From IMG/VR virus record IMGVR_UViG_2684623151_000005: a DNA stretch of 64,000 nt. The stretch is one strand, 5' to 3'. The DNA comes from an uncultured virus (IMG/VR IMGVR_UViG_2684623151_000005). Its lineage: Duplodnaviria; Heunggongvirae; Uroviricota; Caudoviricetes. Both the position numbers and the translations under genes were made by a program. Of the stretch, positions 30,794 to 41,734 are shown piece after piece; positions within the stretch are counted from its first letter, which is position 1, and every line of letters starts with the position of its first letter. Under the pieces are notes generated by a model. The model was not told where the DNA came from, searched no databases, and was given only the letters and a program-made list of their open reading frames with translations.

Positions 30794-32362
30794 CTATATA
30801 AAATTAAATGTTGTATCTTGATTTAATCCACTCAATATTTTATCTTTATCAGCCTCAAACTTTTTAGGTATGGTAACTGATTTCAATTCTTTATTATTAT
30901 AAAATACATCTTCCTCCATTTTAACAACACTATTAGGTATATTTATAGATGTTAAATTATTACCAGAAAATGCACCCCTTCCTATCTCAACAAGATTTGA
31001 GCCGAATTTTACTGATTCTAATTCACAATATGAAAATGCATCTTCCCCAATTTCAGTTACACTATCAGGTATAATAAGAGATTTTAATTTAACCTCCTTA
31101 AATGCATCTTTATCTATAAATTTTATAGTATTAGGTATAACGACAGATTTAAAACCTCCAAACCTAAACTCACTATCCATAAAAGCTCCGTCAGCAATAC
31201 CTACAACTTTTCTTCCATAGATAAGAGAAGGAATCTTTATATCATCTTTCCCATATGGAAAGAATTTATCAATAACTATATTGCCCTTTAATTGTGTCAT
31301 TTTCTTTCTGTAATCAGATTCCCATTTATCTAAGTTTTCTTCATAAAAATTTTCATGTTTATATTCAGAAACTTTTTTATTTATATAATTATCATCTATA
31401 ACAGAATACTTATAATAGTCTAAATCGTTAGGATTTTCTAAATCACAAGGAGGCTGTCCTGTATTCGGAATAACATGTTTTGTATAATTAAACTTTATAT
31501 TTGAACTGGTATCAAATAATTCAGATACTTTAGGCTTAAACCAAGAAGGTAAAGTTACTGATTTTATTGGATTAGTACTAAGTCCTCTACTAAGCTCAAT
31601 TACACTATCAGGTATAATTATTGATTCTATTTTATTTCTCGAAAACGGACTACCATAAAGATACTTAACATTATTATGTAAAATAACTTCTTTTAATTCA
31701 TTTCTTCCAAAAGCATCTTCGCCTATTACCTCCATACTTTTAGGTATTTTTATTTTTTCTAATTTACCCCTATAAAACCCAGCCATTCCAATATATTGTA
31801 CAGTATCAGGTATATCTATTTCTGTAAATTCATTATCTTCAAAAGCACGTTCTCCTATTACATATAAATATTTAGGCAATTTTACTGATGTTAATTTAAG
31901 GTTACAAAACGCATAGTCTCCTACTTCTACAACCTTTTTACCATCAATACAAGAAGGAATAATTATATCTTTTTTAGAACCTTTATATTTAGTTATTTTT
32001 ATTCCATGTATATTTGTATTATATACAGTTGTTTCTTCATATTCGTAATCGGCTAAATCATCAGGATTTTCTACCAAACTACAATCAACCTCTTCATGTG
32101 GAGCAACTGAATTGGTAGTATCTTCACCACCAGGAATAGTAGACTCTCCTATTGATGAGTCATTATTAAAAGAATTATCATCCATTGTCTTACCTGCAGT
32201 AGTCATATTGTTATCATTTGATATAGCAACATCTTTCCCTTTCCAAACCAATTTAGATATTAGGAAAGCCCCTGTGGCTATTATAAGCCCTGCTACTATT
32301 AAAGTTTCTATACTTACATACCCCTTGCTATGTAATATACTTTGTATTTCATATTTCTTCAT
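30794..32362 (-). CDS. Prepilin-signal BspA-type LRR protein (paralog 3, two LRR modules)
   Basis: KG|YVSIE N-terminus; duplicated ENPxDL...LRR...FN module. Confidence 0.88.
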   Translation of the reverse strand: MKKYEIQSILHSKGYVSIETLIVAGLIIATGAFLISKLVWKGKDVAISNDNNMTTAGKTMDDNSFNNDSSIGESTIPGGEDTTNSVAPHEEVDCSLVENPDDLADYEYEETTVYNTNIHGIKITKYKGSKKDIIIPSCIDGKKVVEVGDYAFCNLKLTSVKLPKYLYVIGERAFEDNEFTEIDIPDTVQYIGMAGFYRGKLEKIKIPKSMEVIGEDAFGRNELKEVILHNNVKYLYGSPFSRNKIESIIIPDSVIELSRGLSTNPIKSVTLPSWFKPKVSELFDTSSNIKFNYTKHVIPNTGQPPCDLENPNDLDYYKYSVIDDNYINKKVSEYKHENFYEENLDKWESDYRKKMTQLKGNIVIDKFFPYGKDDIKIPSLIYGRKVVGIADGAFMDSEFRFGGFKSVVIPNTIKFIDKDAFKEVKLKSLIIPDSVTEIGEDAFSYCELESVKFGSNLVEIGRGAFSGNNLTSINIPNSVVKMEEDVFYNNKELKSVTIPKKFEADKDKILSGLNQDTTFNFI

Positions 32363-32488
32363 ATATAAATCCTTTCTAAAATTTAGTTTTTATTATTATA
32401 GAAAAATTTTATTTGATTTATAACAGAATATTTTTTCAAATAATTACAAAAAAAGAAGAAGGACAATAATACCTTCTTCTAATAAAAA

Positions 32489-33937
32489 TTATATCAAATT
32501 AAACTTTATATTGCTTATATCAGTAAACCTCTCGTAATCCTCTTCTGATTCCCAAGGAGTTTTATTATCTTTTCCAAAATAATAATCTCTATCATTATCA
32601 AACTTTTTAGGCATAGTTACAGAAACTAAACTGTTATTCATAAACACACTTCTTCCTATTTTAGTAACACTTGCAGGTATTTTTATTTCTGTTAATTTAT
32701 TATCCTGAAATGCAAATTCTTTAATTTCATTAACACTATTAGGTATTATTACTGAAGTTAATTGATTTTCATTAAATGCACTACTTCCAATGCTCTTAAC
32801 ATTATTCCCTAATATTAGTGATTTTAATTGATTTTCAGCAAATGCATGATTTCCAATTTCTAAAACACTATTAGGTATAATTACTGATATTAACTTATTA
32901 TTAAAAAATGCAGAATCCCCAATTTTAGTGACATTATTAGATATTTTTACATCAGTCAATTCATTGCTATTAAAAGCGTCATATCCGATATAAGTAATAT
33001 TATTGGGTACTATTACAGATTTTAATTTATTATTTTCAAATACACCATAATTTAAAACTTTAACATTATTAGATATAATTACTTTTTCTAAATCATTATT
33101 CTTAAATGCTTCTTCTCCAATTTCAACAACACTATCAGGTATAACTACTTCACTTAAATGATTTGCTTCAAATGCCCCACTCCCAATCAATTTAATAGTT
33201 TTTGGAATTTTTACAGACTTTATATTTCCCCTTGGCATTTTAGATTCATCAAATGGTCTATCTACATCTCGGTTCACAAAATGAGTTTTATTCGAAAAAG
33301 CTTTTGGAGCTATAATAACCACCTTTTTACCATCAATACAAGAAGGAATTTCAATATCTGTTTTATTTCCATGATAATCTAATATCACAACTCCTCCTTT
33401 AAATTCTCTTAATCGCTCTAATGATTCTTTCCTCATCTTAACAACTTCTTCTTTAGTACATTCCATCATTTCACCTGAAGCATTAGGTATAAGAATTAAA
33501 GTTGGCTTAGAACTACTTGAAGGTTTATCACCACTTGAAGTATTTATATCTTCTATTGTTTCTACAATATCTGAAGAATTAAACATTTTATCAATTGAAG
33601 CAAGACCTTGATTTATAAAATCATCATCTATAACTCTATATTCATAATCAGCTAAATCAGGTGGATTTTCTAAAGAACATTCAGAATCAACCTTATTATC
33701 TAATGGTAAACTACTTGAAACAGTTTCATCATTTATAAAAGAATTATCATCCATAGTTTTACTTGCAACAGTTATATTTTTATTATTTGAATTAGCGACA
33801 TCTTTCCCTTTCCATACTAACTTTGAAACAAGAAATGCCCCTGTCGCAATTACAAGTCCTGCTACTATTAAGGATTCTATACTTACATATCCCTTGTTAT
33901 TCAATATATTTTCTATTTTATTTTTTTTCATATACAT
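32489..33937 (-). CDS. Prepilin-signal BspA-type LRR protein (paralog 4)
   Basis: KG|YVSIESLIVAGLVIATG plus LRR_5-type repeats. Confidence 0.88.
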   Translation of the reverse strand: MYMKKNKIENILNNKGYVSIESLIVAGLVIATGAFLVSKLVWKGKDVANSNNKNITVASKTMDDNSFINDETVSSSLPLDNKVDSECSLENPPDLADYEYRVIDDDFINQGLASIDKMFNSSDIVETIEDINTSSGDKPSSSSKPTLILIPNASGEMMECTKEEVVKMRKESLERLREFKGGVVILDYHGNKTDIEIPSCIDGKKVVIIAPKAFSNKTHFVNRDVDRPFDESKMPRGNIKSVKIPKTIKLIGSGAFEANHLSEVVIPDSVVEIGEEAFKNNDLEKVIISNNVKVLNYGVFENNKLKSVIVPNNITYIGYDAFNSNELTDVKISNNVTKIGDSAFFNNKLISVIIPNSVLEIGNHAFAENQLKSLILGNNVKSIGSSAFNENQLTSVIIPNSVNEIKEFAFQDNKLTEIKIPASVTKIGRSVFMNNSLVSVTMPKKFDNDRDYYFGKDNKTPWESEEDYERFTDISNIKFNLI

Positions 33938-34088
33938 TCTTCTTTCTAAAATCTTCTTTCTAAAAAATAATTTTTAATATATTGTATAGAAAGAAACTTT
34001 TATTTATAACCAATATCTTTAAAAGTTATTCAACTAACTTTTATTAAAAAACATAAAGAGGCTGAATTTAAACTCAACCTCTTTCAAA

Positions 34089-35099
34089 TTATCCTATATT
34101 AAACTCCTTATACAATTCATTTTTAAATAAATTATATCTTTTTTGTACATTTTCTTTTTTTGCTGAACCTGATATTGAAGCTGATTTATAATCTTCATCA
34201 ATATTATTAAAAAACTTATCGCAAAAAGCTTTAAAATCTTCAGGATTTAAGCTACCTCTTTTACCTTCTCTAAATAAATCAACTACAACTTTAATTAAGA
34301 CAGGTACATTTACCTTCTTCAAATACTTTTCTTTATTAGGGAAAGCTTCATTTAGATAGAACAAAGAACCATCTAAAGTACTTTTTAAATTCTCTTTTAC
34401 AGGATTTCCTTTTAAATATTTTATAAAATATTGCATATCCTTAGCTGTTAACCCACTTTCAGGTTCATGTATTAATTTAATTGATTGTAAAGCTACTTCT
34501 TGGTCCCCATATCTATTTCTTGCATTATTTGATATATTAATCTTATCTTTAAAGAAACTATGTTCACATACAGTTCCGAGATATTGAGTCATATCTATTC
34601 CCATTAAAGGCCTTGTTTTTTCTATATTGTTTAATGAAACTCCATTGTTTAATCTATCAAAAACCTCTACTATTTCATCATCTGATACATTATCCAAAGA
34701 AACAACATCTATACTATGAGACATTATTTTATCTTTAACTTCATCAGATAATTGACTAAAATACTTACCTGCAATTATTTCTTCATTATAGTCCTCAATA
34801 TTTTTATCAAGTTTAAATTCATCATTTATAAATCCTAATATTGTAGTAAGCCTTTGCTTTCCATCAAGAAAATGCTTTACCTCTTTACCATTTATATTCT
34901 CCGTTTTACTATATACTGGTGGTATAGGATAATCTAATAAAATAGAATTTATTAATCTTGTTTTTCTTTTTAAATCCCAAATATTATCTTTCCTTTGTAT
35001 TAAAAGCTCAAAATCAAGCCTTTTTGCTCTATATTCCTTAGAAAGCTTCTTAATTGTTAACGATTTATTTTGTTTTCTCATGTTTATTACCTCCTGCAA
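34089..35099 (-). CDS. DUF262 (GmrSD N-terminal, ParB/Srx-like) domain protein
   Basis: QR...W, LINSIL.DYPIP, DGKQRLTT and FDRLN motifs. Confidence 0.85.
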   Translation of the reverse strand: MQEVINMRKQNKSLTIKKLSKEYRAKRLDFELLIQRKDNIWDLKRKTRLINSILLDYPIPPVYSKTENINGKEVKHFLDGKQRLTTILGFINDEFKLDKNIEDYNEEIIAGKYFSQLSDEVKDKIMSHSIDVVSLDNVSDDEIVEVFDRLNNGVSLNNIEKTRPLMGIDMTQYLGTVCEHSFFKDKINISNNARNRYGDQEVALQSIKLIHEPESGLTAKDMQYFIKYLKGNPVKENLKSTLDGSLFYLNEAFPNKEKYLKKVNVPVLIKVVVDLFREGKRGSLNPEDFKAFCDKFFNNIDEDYKSASISGSAKKENVQKRYNLFKNELYKEFNIG

Positions 35100-35170
35100 T
35101 TAACATTAATCATTATTTTTTTACTTGATATATCAATAAGTTTTGTTTACAATATACCTAAAGAAAGGTT

Positions 35171-35755
35171 GTGAATATAATGGATAGTTTACATGTATTA
35201 AAATCACAAATATATGAATATTTGAATTCTAAAAACTTGATTTTTAATATATTGGAAAAAGATAACTCTTTAACTATATATTTAACAGAATTCCAAAATA
35301 ATATTCACTTAGATTTTAAAAATAACTTGTGGAATATATTCATATTATTTGAAGATAATACATACGAAAATTTATCCTTTATAGAAGTATTTTCTGACTT
35401 AGAAAATATTGTTTACGATATTAATAATATGTTTCATCCTTTAAAAAAAGAACAACTTTTTAAATTTTTAGAAGAAAAAAAATCATTAATAAACTTATTA
35501 CAACAACACGATTTCTTCAAAATAATAGATGAAATTAATATCGAAAACTTTAAAATAAACATTAAATTAAAGCATACATATTTCAAAAAATCAGAAATGA
35601 TACTTGCATATATAATCCAAACAGATTTATGGAGTTTTAAAGGAATAAATATTTTCTACGAAGATAGTATAATTGATGAATATTTTCAACTATTTCAAGA
35701 AATAAACAACCTAATTAATGTTTTAAACAAAAGTAGTTCAACATTATTTCTTTAA
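35171..35755 (+). CDS. Hypothetical protein
   Basis: 194-aa ORF. Confidence 0.7.
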   Translation: MNIMDSLHVLKSQIYEYLNSKNLIFNILEKDNSLTIYLTEFQNNIHLDFKNNLWNIFILFEDNTYENLSFIEVFSDLENIVYDINNMFHPLKKEQLFKFLEEKKSLINLLQQHDFFKIIDEINIENFKINIKLKHTYFKKSEMILAYIIQTDLWSFKGINIFYEDSIIDEYFQLFQEINNLINVLNKSSSTLFL

Positions 35756-35813
35756 AAAGAAATAGAGGGTAATTAATTTATTAAGATTAAATTAATTATC
35801 CTCTATCTTTTTA

Positions 35814-36680
35814 TTATTTATATACAGTTATAGTTCCATCAAAACTCTTTTTGAATTTATAATGACCTTTATCAGTTCTAAAGTATTCTACTTGACCATC
35901 TTTTTCTAAATCATAAGCAAGTACTTCTTGTAGTGGACCATACTTATTGGTCTTAAGTATCTTATTAAATTCAGGTAAAATCAGTTCATCTACTTGCACT
36001 TCATATATTATATGACGATTATTTCCTTCTATGTTATAAATCTTTATCACTCTTCCATAGTCAACAACAAATAAGTAATTACCATTAGAAGTAGTAATTT
36101 CTTGATATGGATATAAGCATTTTTTTGCCTCTTTTACAGTTCCATATGTTTTTTCATTTTCCTTTATGAAGAAATATATACTTGGTAATATATCTTTTGG
36201 CATATCAAGACTCTTTGTTTGATATATAGTTTTAGATTTCTTACCTACTTGATAAACTCCCTCAACCTCTGATTTATTATTAATAATATCAACATAAATT
36301 AAGTATTTATCTACGGAAGTATATAGAAAATACTTTCTATAATTTTTCCCTCTATAATCATCTTTGATTTCATCTATCTCTCCAAAACCACCCATTTCTT
36401 TATGTTCATTAACAAAGTCTTTAGCAAACTGCTCTACTTGTGAATTTAAAACCCTATCAGGATTAATTAATGTATCAGCTATACTTATAGTCAATAAAGT
36501 TATTAGAATAACTATAAACCATCTTAAAGGTCTATTAAAAGCTTTATTCTTAAACATATAATAAATACCATATGGAAAAAACAACAGAATCCATTTAAAA
36601 CTCTTCCAATTAATATCTTTTTGTGATAAATTAACATGTTCATCTTTAAATCCAAGTATATTATTATTGTTATTAAACAC
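35814..36680 (-). CDS. Membrane-anchored hypothetical protein
   Basis: LLFFPYGIYYMF plus a second TM segment; RBS AAGGAGG. Confidence 0.75.
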   Translation of the reverse strand: MFNNNNNILGFKDEHVNLSQKDINWKSFKWILLFFPYGIYYMFKNKAFNRPLRWFIVILITLLTISIADTLINPDRVLNSQVEQFAKDFVNEHKEMGGFGEIDEIKDDYRGKNYRKYFLYTSVDKYLIYVDIINNKSEVEGVYQVGKKSKTIYQTKSLDMPKDILPSIYFFIKENEKTYGTVKEAKKCLYPYQEITTSNGNYLFVVDYGRVIKIYNIEGNNRHIIYEVQVDELILPEFNKILKTNKYGPLQEVLAYDLEKDGQVEYFRTDKGHYKFKKSFDGTITVYK

Positions 36681-36746
36681 TATAAAATTCCTCCTTATTT
36701 AAAAATAAGTGGACTAAATACAACTATTTAGCCCACTTCAAGTATA

Positions 36747-37805
36747 TTAATATCCCCAATCATTTAAACAATGATTTATATCAATATATCCTGTATCATC
36801 ATAAACATAATCAAAACTATAATCATTTATTGGCTTTAAGAAACCATAAATCTTAAACATTCTTTCTCTATCAATAGGAGCATTATTCTTTGATTTATAA
36901 ACATAAAGTTTTCCATCTTTTGAAACGATGTCCCCATCTTTAACATATTCTTTACCTAATGGTTCTAAATCCAAGTATTCAAGAGGTACTTTTTTATTTA
37001 AAGCCCTTCTTATAGCTATTGCTAATCCAATATACTGATTAAATGTATCTTCATTTTCAACTTTTGAAGCTCCAGTTCTGCATTTAGCTTCACCAAACTC
37101 AACTATTGCTTTAATCTCTCCTCCAACTCTAATTGTTTTAATAAAACAGTCATCTTGAGTTTCTAAGAATAGATTAACTATATCATCTTTAGCTTTTTCA
37201 ATAGCATTAATTCTATCAATAGAATCATTAAATAATGGTTCTATCAATCTTTTTAGATGTTTCAATCCATCTCTTCTATGAGATACTGTATTTTTATCTC
37301 TTTCTGACACTTCTGCAAAAGTTTTTCCAAGAATTGAAGATTTGAAAATTTTATCATATTCAAAACCATTTTCACCAATTTCTTCAAAAGTAATTTCTCC
37401 TTCTGCAGTTCCTTCTGAAAAAATTGTATTAAGGCCATCATGATAACAATACACAGCATTAAAACAAGCGTATCTATCCTCTACCCCATCCATTTTTTCT
37501 AATATTATTTCATTGCAGGTTTTGTCAATTCCTTCACATATTCTTTTAGAATGTACACCTGGATATCCATTTAAAGCCCTAACACATAAACCACTATCTT
37601 CTGCTATTACAGGAATACCACATGCATTGAAATAACCAATAGCTTTTTTTTCTGCATTACAAATGAAATTATCTTTATCTTCATCAACTTCAAAATTAAT
37701 ACCAACTTCATTTAATGTTAATAACTTTACATTTTTTAGATTAAAGATAGACTTAATTTCTTTTATTTTATTTTTGTTATTAGTTGCTATAACTATACTT
37801 TTCAC
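36747..37805 (-). CDS. rdgB: RdgB/HAM1 non-canonical purine NTP pyrophosphatase with C-terminal extension
   Basis: IATNNKNKIKE, AEDSGL, PGVHS, GFEYD and SHR motifs, plus about 160 extra C-terminal residues. Confidence 0.88.
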   Translation of the reverse strand: MKSIVIATNNKNKIKEIKSIFNLKNVKLLTLNEVGINFEVDEDKDNFICNAEKKAIGYFNACGIPVIAEDSGLCVRALNGYPGVHSKRICEGIDKTCNEIILEKMDGVEDRYACFNAVYCYHDGLNTIFSEGTAEGEITFEEIGENGFEYDKIFKSSILGKTFAEVSERDKNTVSHRRDGLKHLKRLIEPLFNDSIDRINAIEKAKDDIVNLFLETQDDCFIKTIRVGGEIKAIVEFGEAKCRTGASKVENEDTFNQYIGLAIAIRRALNKKVPLEYLDLEPLGKEYVKDGDIVSKDGKLYVYKSKNNAPIDRERMFKIYGFLKPINDYSFDYVYDDTGYIDINHCLNDWGY

Positions 37806-37809
37806 AATC

Positions 37810-38088
37810 TCACTTCTCTTTCATAAAATAACTAACAATAATATTATATAAAACATTTAAATCATGAATATTATCACACACAACTAAGATTTTACCTGAA
37901 TTCTTTAAATTTTCATCAAATATAAATGTTTTATTTGACCTAAATGAAAATTTAAAATTACCAACATATATAATCCAATTAAAATTTTTAAATTCTTTTT
38001 CTGAATCATTAAAATAATTTTTTAAAAAGCTTAAATATTCAGCATTTATAAAAAAATCACCTAAATCATATTCAAACTTAAAATTCAA
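37810..38088 (-). CDS. Hypothetical protein
   Basis: 92 aa with RBS GAGGTG. Confidence 0.6.
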   Translation of the reverse strand: MNFKFEYDLGDFFINAEYLSFLKNYFNDSEKEFKNFNWIIYVGNFKFSFRSNKTFIFDENLKNSGKILVVCDNIHDLNVLYNIIVSYFMKEK

Positions 38089-38156
38089 GATTAATCACCT
38101 CATATTCAAGATTTAACAAATAAGATTATATTTTATCATTTGACTTTTGTCAATTA

Positions 38157-38669
38157 TCATTTATTCAACACTTCAAAAATCATTTGTTTAGGCAATAAAT
38201 TATGACATACATATATACTCAAGAATGGAGGATTTACCTTATCAACAATATTCTTACTAAGGTAGGAAATTCTTTTATCAAAGTACATAAGCTCAAATTT
38301 ATTATTTTTGAACATTTCAAACTTCCTCTTACTTGAAAATAAACCTAAATCCCCTACTAACATTGCAAAAGGTATTCCTATCTTAAACAACCTTTCTAAT
38401 ACATCATGTTTTTTTGAAAATGGAGGATTACTTACTATATAATCACATTCAGGGACTTCAACCTCAAAGAAATCCTCTCCATTATCTATGTGAGTATTAA
38501 TAACATCAAACCCTTCTTTTCTTAAAACTTTAACATACATACTATCATCCTTATCAAAAGGACACCATATCCTACTTCCTTTTTTTAAATATTTAATTAT
38601 AGGCTTTACAGCATATGTTGGTGTAAAATATTCATCATTATGGCTTTTAGCAACGTTATATAAATTCAT
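38157..38669 (-). CDS. Small phage-type N6-adenine methyltransferase
   Basis: DEYFTP, IWCPFD, GEDFF and VSNPPFS motifs. Confidence 0.85.
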   Translation of the reverse strand: MNLYNVAKSHNDEYFTPTYAVKPIIKYLKKGSRIWCPFDKDDSMYVKVLRKEGFDVINTHIDNGEDFFEVEVPECDYIVSNPPFSKKHDVLERLFKIGIPFAMLVGDLGLFSSKRKFEMFKNNKFELMYFDKRISYLSKNIVDKVNPPFLSIYVCHNLLPKQMIFEVLNK

Positions 38670-38801
38670 TTTCTACCTCCTCATTAGTACTCTATTATAT
38701 TTAGGCTAAATGAAAATATATAATCAAAATAATTCTATTTATGTTATACAATATAAAATTGAAATAAAATTAACATATTGATATAATTAAAATAACAATT
38801 T

Positions 38802-39380
38802 ATGTATAATATATACACAAATATCAAAGGAGATAAAATAATGAAATTTTTTACTTATGGAAACAATAAATTAATACATACACAGTCAACTCCAATATAT
38901 GTAGATTCTATATCAAACAAAATAATTACAGATAAAAAATCATTATGGGGAAGCTCAAGAAATAAATACTATTCTGATTGGTTTGTAATAACATTAGCTT
39001 TACCTATGCTTATTGAACATAATTGTTCTGTAGAGGGATTTGAATATGATTTAGATTTTGATAATTATAATATAATATCAATAAATAAAAATAATTACAA
39101 AGATTACATTACGGATAAATTATTAGATTTAAAAAAAATAGGGACTTGTGATGCTATAATATTTGATAAGGAATTAGTTGATACTGTAAAAGAATTTGAA
39201 GGATATTATGTGGATAGTGTTCAAATATTCAATACTGATTGTATCAAGACTTGGGAAACAACAAAAATGGATATTCCATATATAACATCCAATGAATTTA
39301 GAGATTATGTAAAAGAAAAATCTAATAGAATATTAGAGCATATAAGAGGTTCTGAAATAATGAAATTACTCTTTAAATAA
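38802..39380 (+). CDS. Hypothetical protein
   Basis: Probable start ATG 38841 after AAGGAG. Confidence 0.7.
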   Translation: MYNIYTNIKGDKIMKFFTYGNNKLIHTQSTPIYVDSISNKIITDKKSLWGSSRNKYYSDWFVITLALPMLIEHNCSVEGFEYDLDFDNYNIISINKNNYKDYITDKLLDLKKIGTCDAIIFDKELVDTVKEFEGYYVDSVQIFNTDCIKTWETTKMDIPYITSNEFRDYVKEKSNRILEHIRGSEIMKLLFK

Positions 39381-39390
39381 ATGGAAGAAG

Positions 39391-39612
39391 CTAAATAACT
39401 TCTTCCATAAATATTTTATTTTCTTTCATATCTATTATTTTTGACGATGTTTTGTATGTAACAACAAAATCCCATTGAATACCATTTCCTTTCAAATTGT
39501 GAAATTCTCTGCTCGTTGAATTAACATTTACAATTTCAGCTCCAATTTGATTAATTTCATTCAAAAATTTTTCATACTCTTCTATGCCTCTTATTTGTTT
39601 TACTTTATACAT
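39391..39612 (-). CDS. Small hypothetical protein, separated from its RBS by an IS insertion
   Basis: 73 aa; ATG begins 2 nt after the IS right end. Confidence 0.65.
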   Translation of the reverse strand: MYKVKQIRGIEEYEKFLNEINQIGAEIVNVNSTSREFHNLKGNGIQWDFVVTYKTSSKIIDMKENKIFMEEVI

Positions 39613-39613
39613 A

Positions 39614-41089
39614 GTGAATATTCTCCCACTTATAGAAGAGGGAGTTTCATAAAGCAGTTGTATTTAAGTTTCCACTTAATACTAAGCATTAAGCCACCCT
39701 TAGCTTTATAGGATTACTCACATATCCTTTATCCCTAACAATATTTATTGCTTTGGGAATACATTTATCTTTTACGTACAGCCTTAATATATTAAGGCTT
39801 CCGTTAACATCAGCGTTAATTATTACATTAGAATTGGATTTAAACATTCCTCTATATATTCTACGATTTTTATTATAGAATTTCTTATTTATAGATTCTA
39901 AATCTAATGCACTACAGCCTGATGTATATGCTTCCTTTTGTAGTTTAACCTCAATACCTATCAATTTAGCTTTATAAGTTATTAAGCTAACTAATTGAGC
40001 TAATGGTATTTGCACAAAAGATTTAGCATAATCCTTGTTTTGTTTAATACCCTTTATATCTCCAATTACTATAGTTTTACAATTATGCTTTAATGCTAAA
40101 TCAACTATTATCTTACTTGCCTTATGAAGATAATTATTTATATAGTTACTTCTATATCTCCTTAGTTTTGTTATGGCCTTACTATCTTTGAATTTAGTAG
40201 AGTCTTTCATATGCATAAGAATGCTTTGTAAGTATGCAATCTTCATATTAACAAAACTATTTATAGACTTTAATGGTTTCCCGTTAACTATATAAGTATT
40301 TTCATCTTCTAAGAATGTTAAAGTAGCTAAGTTAGAAAGTCCTAAATCTATTGCCATTATGTTATTGAAATCAGAACTTAATATATTTTCAGTTCTTTCA
40401 TGAATTAAAATAATATACCACGATTTAGTACTTTGCTCCCATTTAATCTTAGCTTGATTAATAGAATTAATGTCAAATAGGCTTTGAAGTTTATCAGAAA
40501 CTTCAAAATTAAGAGATTTTACACCATATTCGATTTGCATAGCCTTTGATAATGAAAGCATTAACGTATTATCTTTAACTCTTATAGCCAGTTTAGTAAA
40601 TATAACTTCATTCTTTCTGTCATTAGTGTTTTTATATTTAGGTTGCCTTGGACATCCTAAATATTTTGAAGGATTCTTCTTATAATCACTTATTGCAGAA
40701 AAATAACCTTTCCAGTTTTGTTCCAAAACTTTAAGGCAATGTTGGTAATTATGACTATGAAGAAAATCTCTATGCTAATTGTTAGCATACAATTTATTCA
40801 TTTCAACATATGATTTAGCACCATTATTGATATTGTCATAATTTGCAATATTGTATAACTTAGTTGTGTGATAACTAAGTTCCTCAATAATAGAAGTTTG
40901 AAGTTTACTAAGTCTGGGTTTAAATTTAAATGCCAGTTTCATCTTTTACCTCCTTTCAAATTAATTAAAAAAATACCTATTTTCTATATTTTATTATAGA
41001 ATAATAGGCATTTAAATATAATACAATTCTATCGAATTGTAAAAATTCATCCCCACCTTATAGAAGGTGGAGTATTCTTTTTATTTTTG
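39614..41089 (-). mobile_element. Non-autonomous IS200/IS605-family (IS1341-type) element
   Basis: TTTAT motif abutting the left end; subterminal hairpins CTCCACCTTCTATAAGGTGGGG (LE) and CTCCCTCTTCTATAAGTGGGAG (RE); RE ends in TTCAC; tnpB only. Confidence 0.85.
39689..40942 (-). pseudogene. tnpB: TnpB RNA-guided endonuclease with internal stop
   Basis: ATG 40942 after GAAAGGAGG; in-frame TAG at 40775-40777 (codon 56); RuvC motifs AIDLG and NADVNGSLNI downstream. Confidence 0.88.
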
Positions 41090-41172
41090 ATAAATCATCC
41101 TTTCAAATAGCATAAATGCACCTTATTAATTTTTATATTATAAAAAATAAAGTGCATTTAAATAACGTAAAT

Positions 41173-41550
41173 TTAATTATCTAAGTAGTTATATATCCAT
41201 TCCTTAAGATTTTTATGTTTATTCTCATTAACTACTGAAAAATTTTTATTTCCAATTTTTATTGAATAAATTTCTAAAGTCCTCATATCTATAATTGGAT
41301 TAACATATTTTATACGCTTACCCATGCCTTTTACTGCATCATGATTTTTCTTAATATATACTAAAAGCTCATTATAGTCTTTAAGACTTAATCCACATCC
41401 TTTATCCATCTTAACTATGTTATATTTAACAACTTCACCACACTTAGGGCAAACAAAATCTTCATTTTTATCAAGTTTAACTCCTGGAATAATTAAACTA
41501 TCTTCAAAATTACAGTTCTCACAAACAAATACATTTATTTTATTATCCAT
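41173..41550 (-). CDS. Zinc-ribbon hypothetical protein
   Basis: CENC...CPKCG. Confidence 0.7.
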   Translation of the reverse strand: MDNKINVFVCENCNFEDSLIIPGVKLDKNEDFVCPKCGEVVKYNIVKMDKGCGLSLKDYNELLVYIKKNHDAVKGMGKRIKYVNPIIDMRTLEIYSIKIGNKNFSVVNENKHKNLKEWIYNYLDN

Positions 41551-41734
41551 CTATTTCTTCTCCCTAAAAAAATTTATTACAAAGTCTCCATATTCTTCAT
41601 CATTTAGACTTAAAATTTCTTTTTTCAAATCTTCTGCTAAATCTTTTGCTATCCTTTTTCTAACAATTAAATTATTAACAATAAGATTTACTAAGTCCTC
41701 TTTAACACGTTTATCATTCAATGATGGACACCAC

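Noticed and set aside
39689..40726. Intact 345-aa TnpB or Cas12f effector
   Set aside because: It is the post-stop fragment of a longer tnpB, bounded by IS ends with no CRISPR array.
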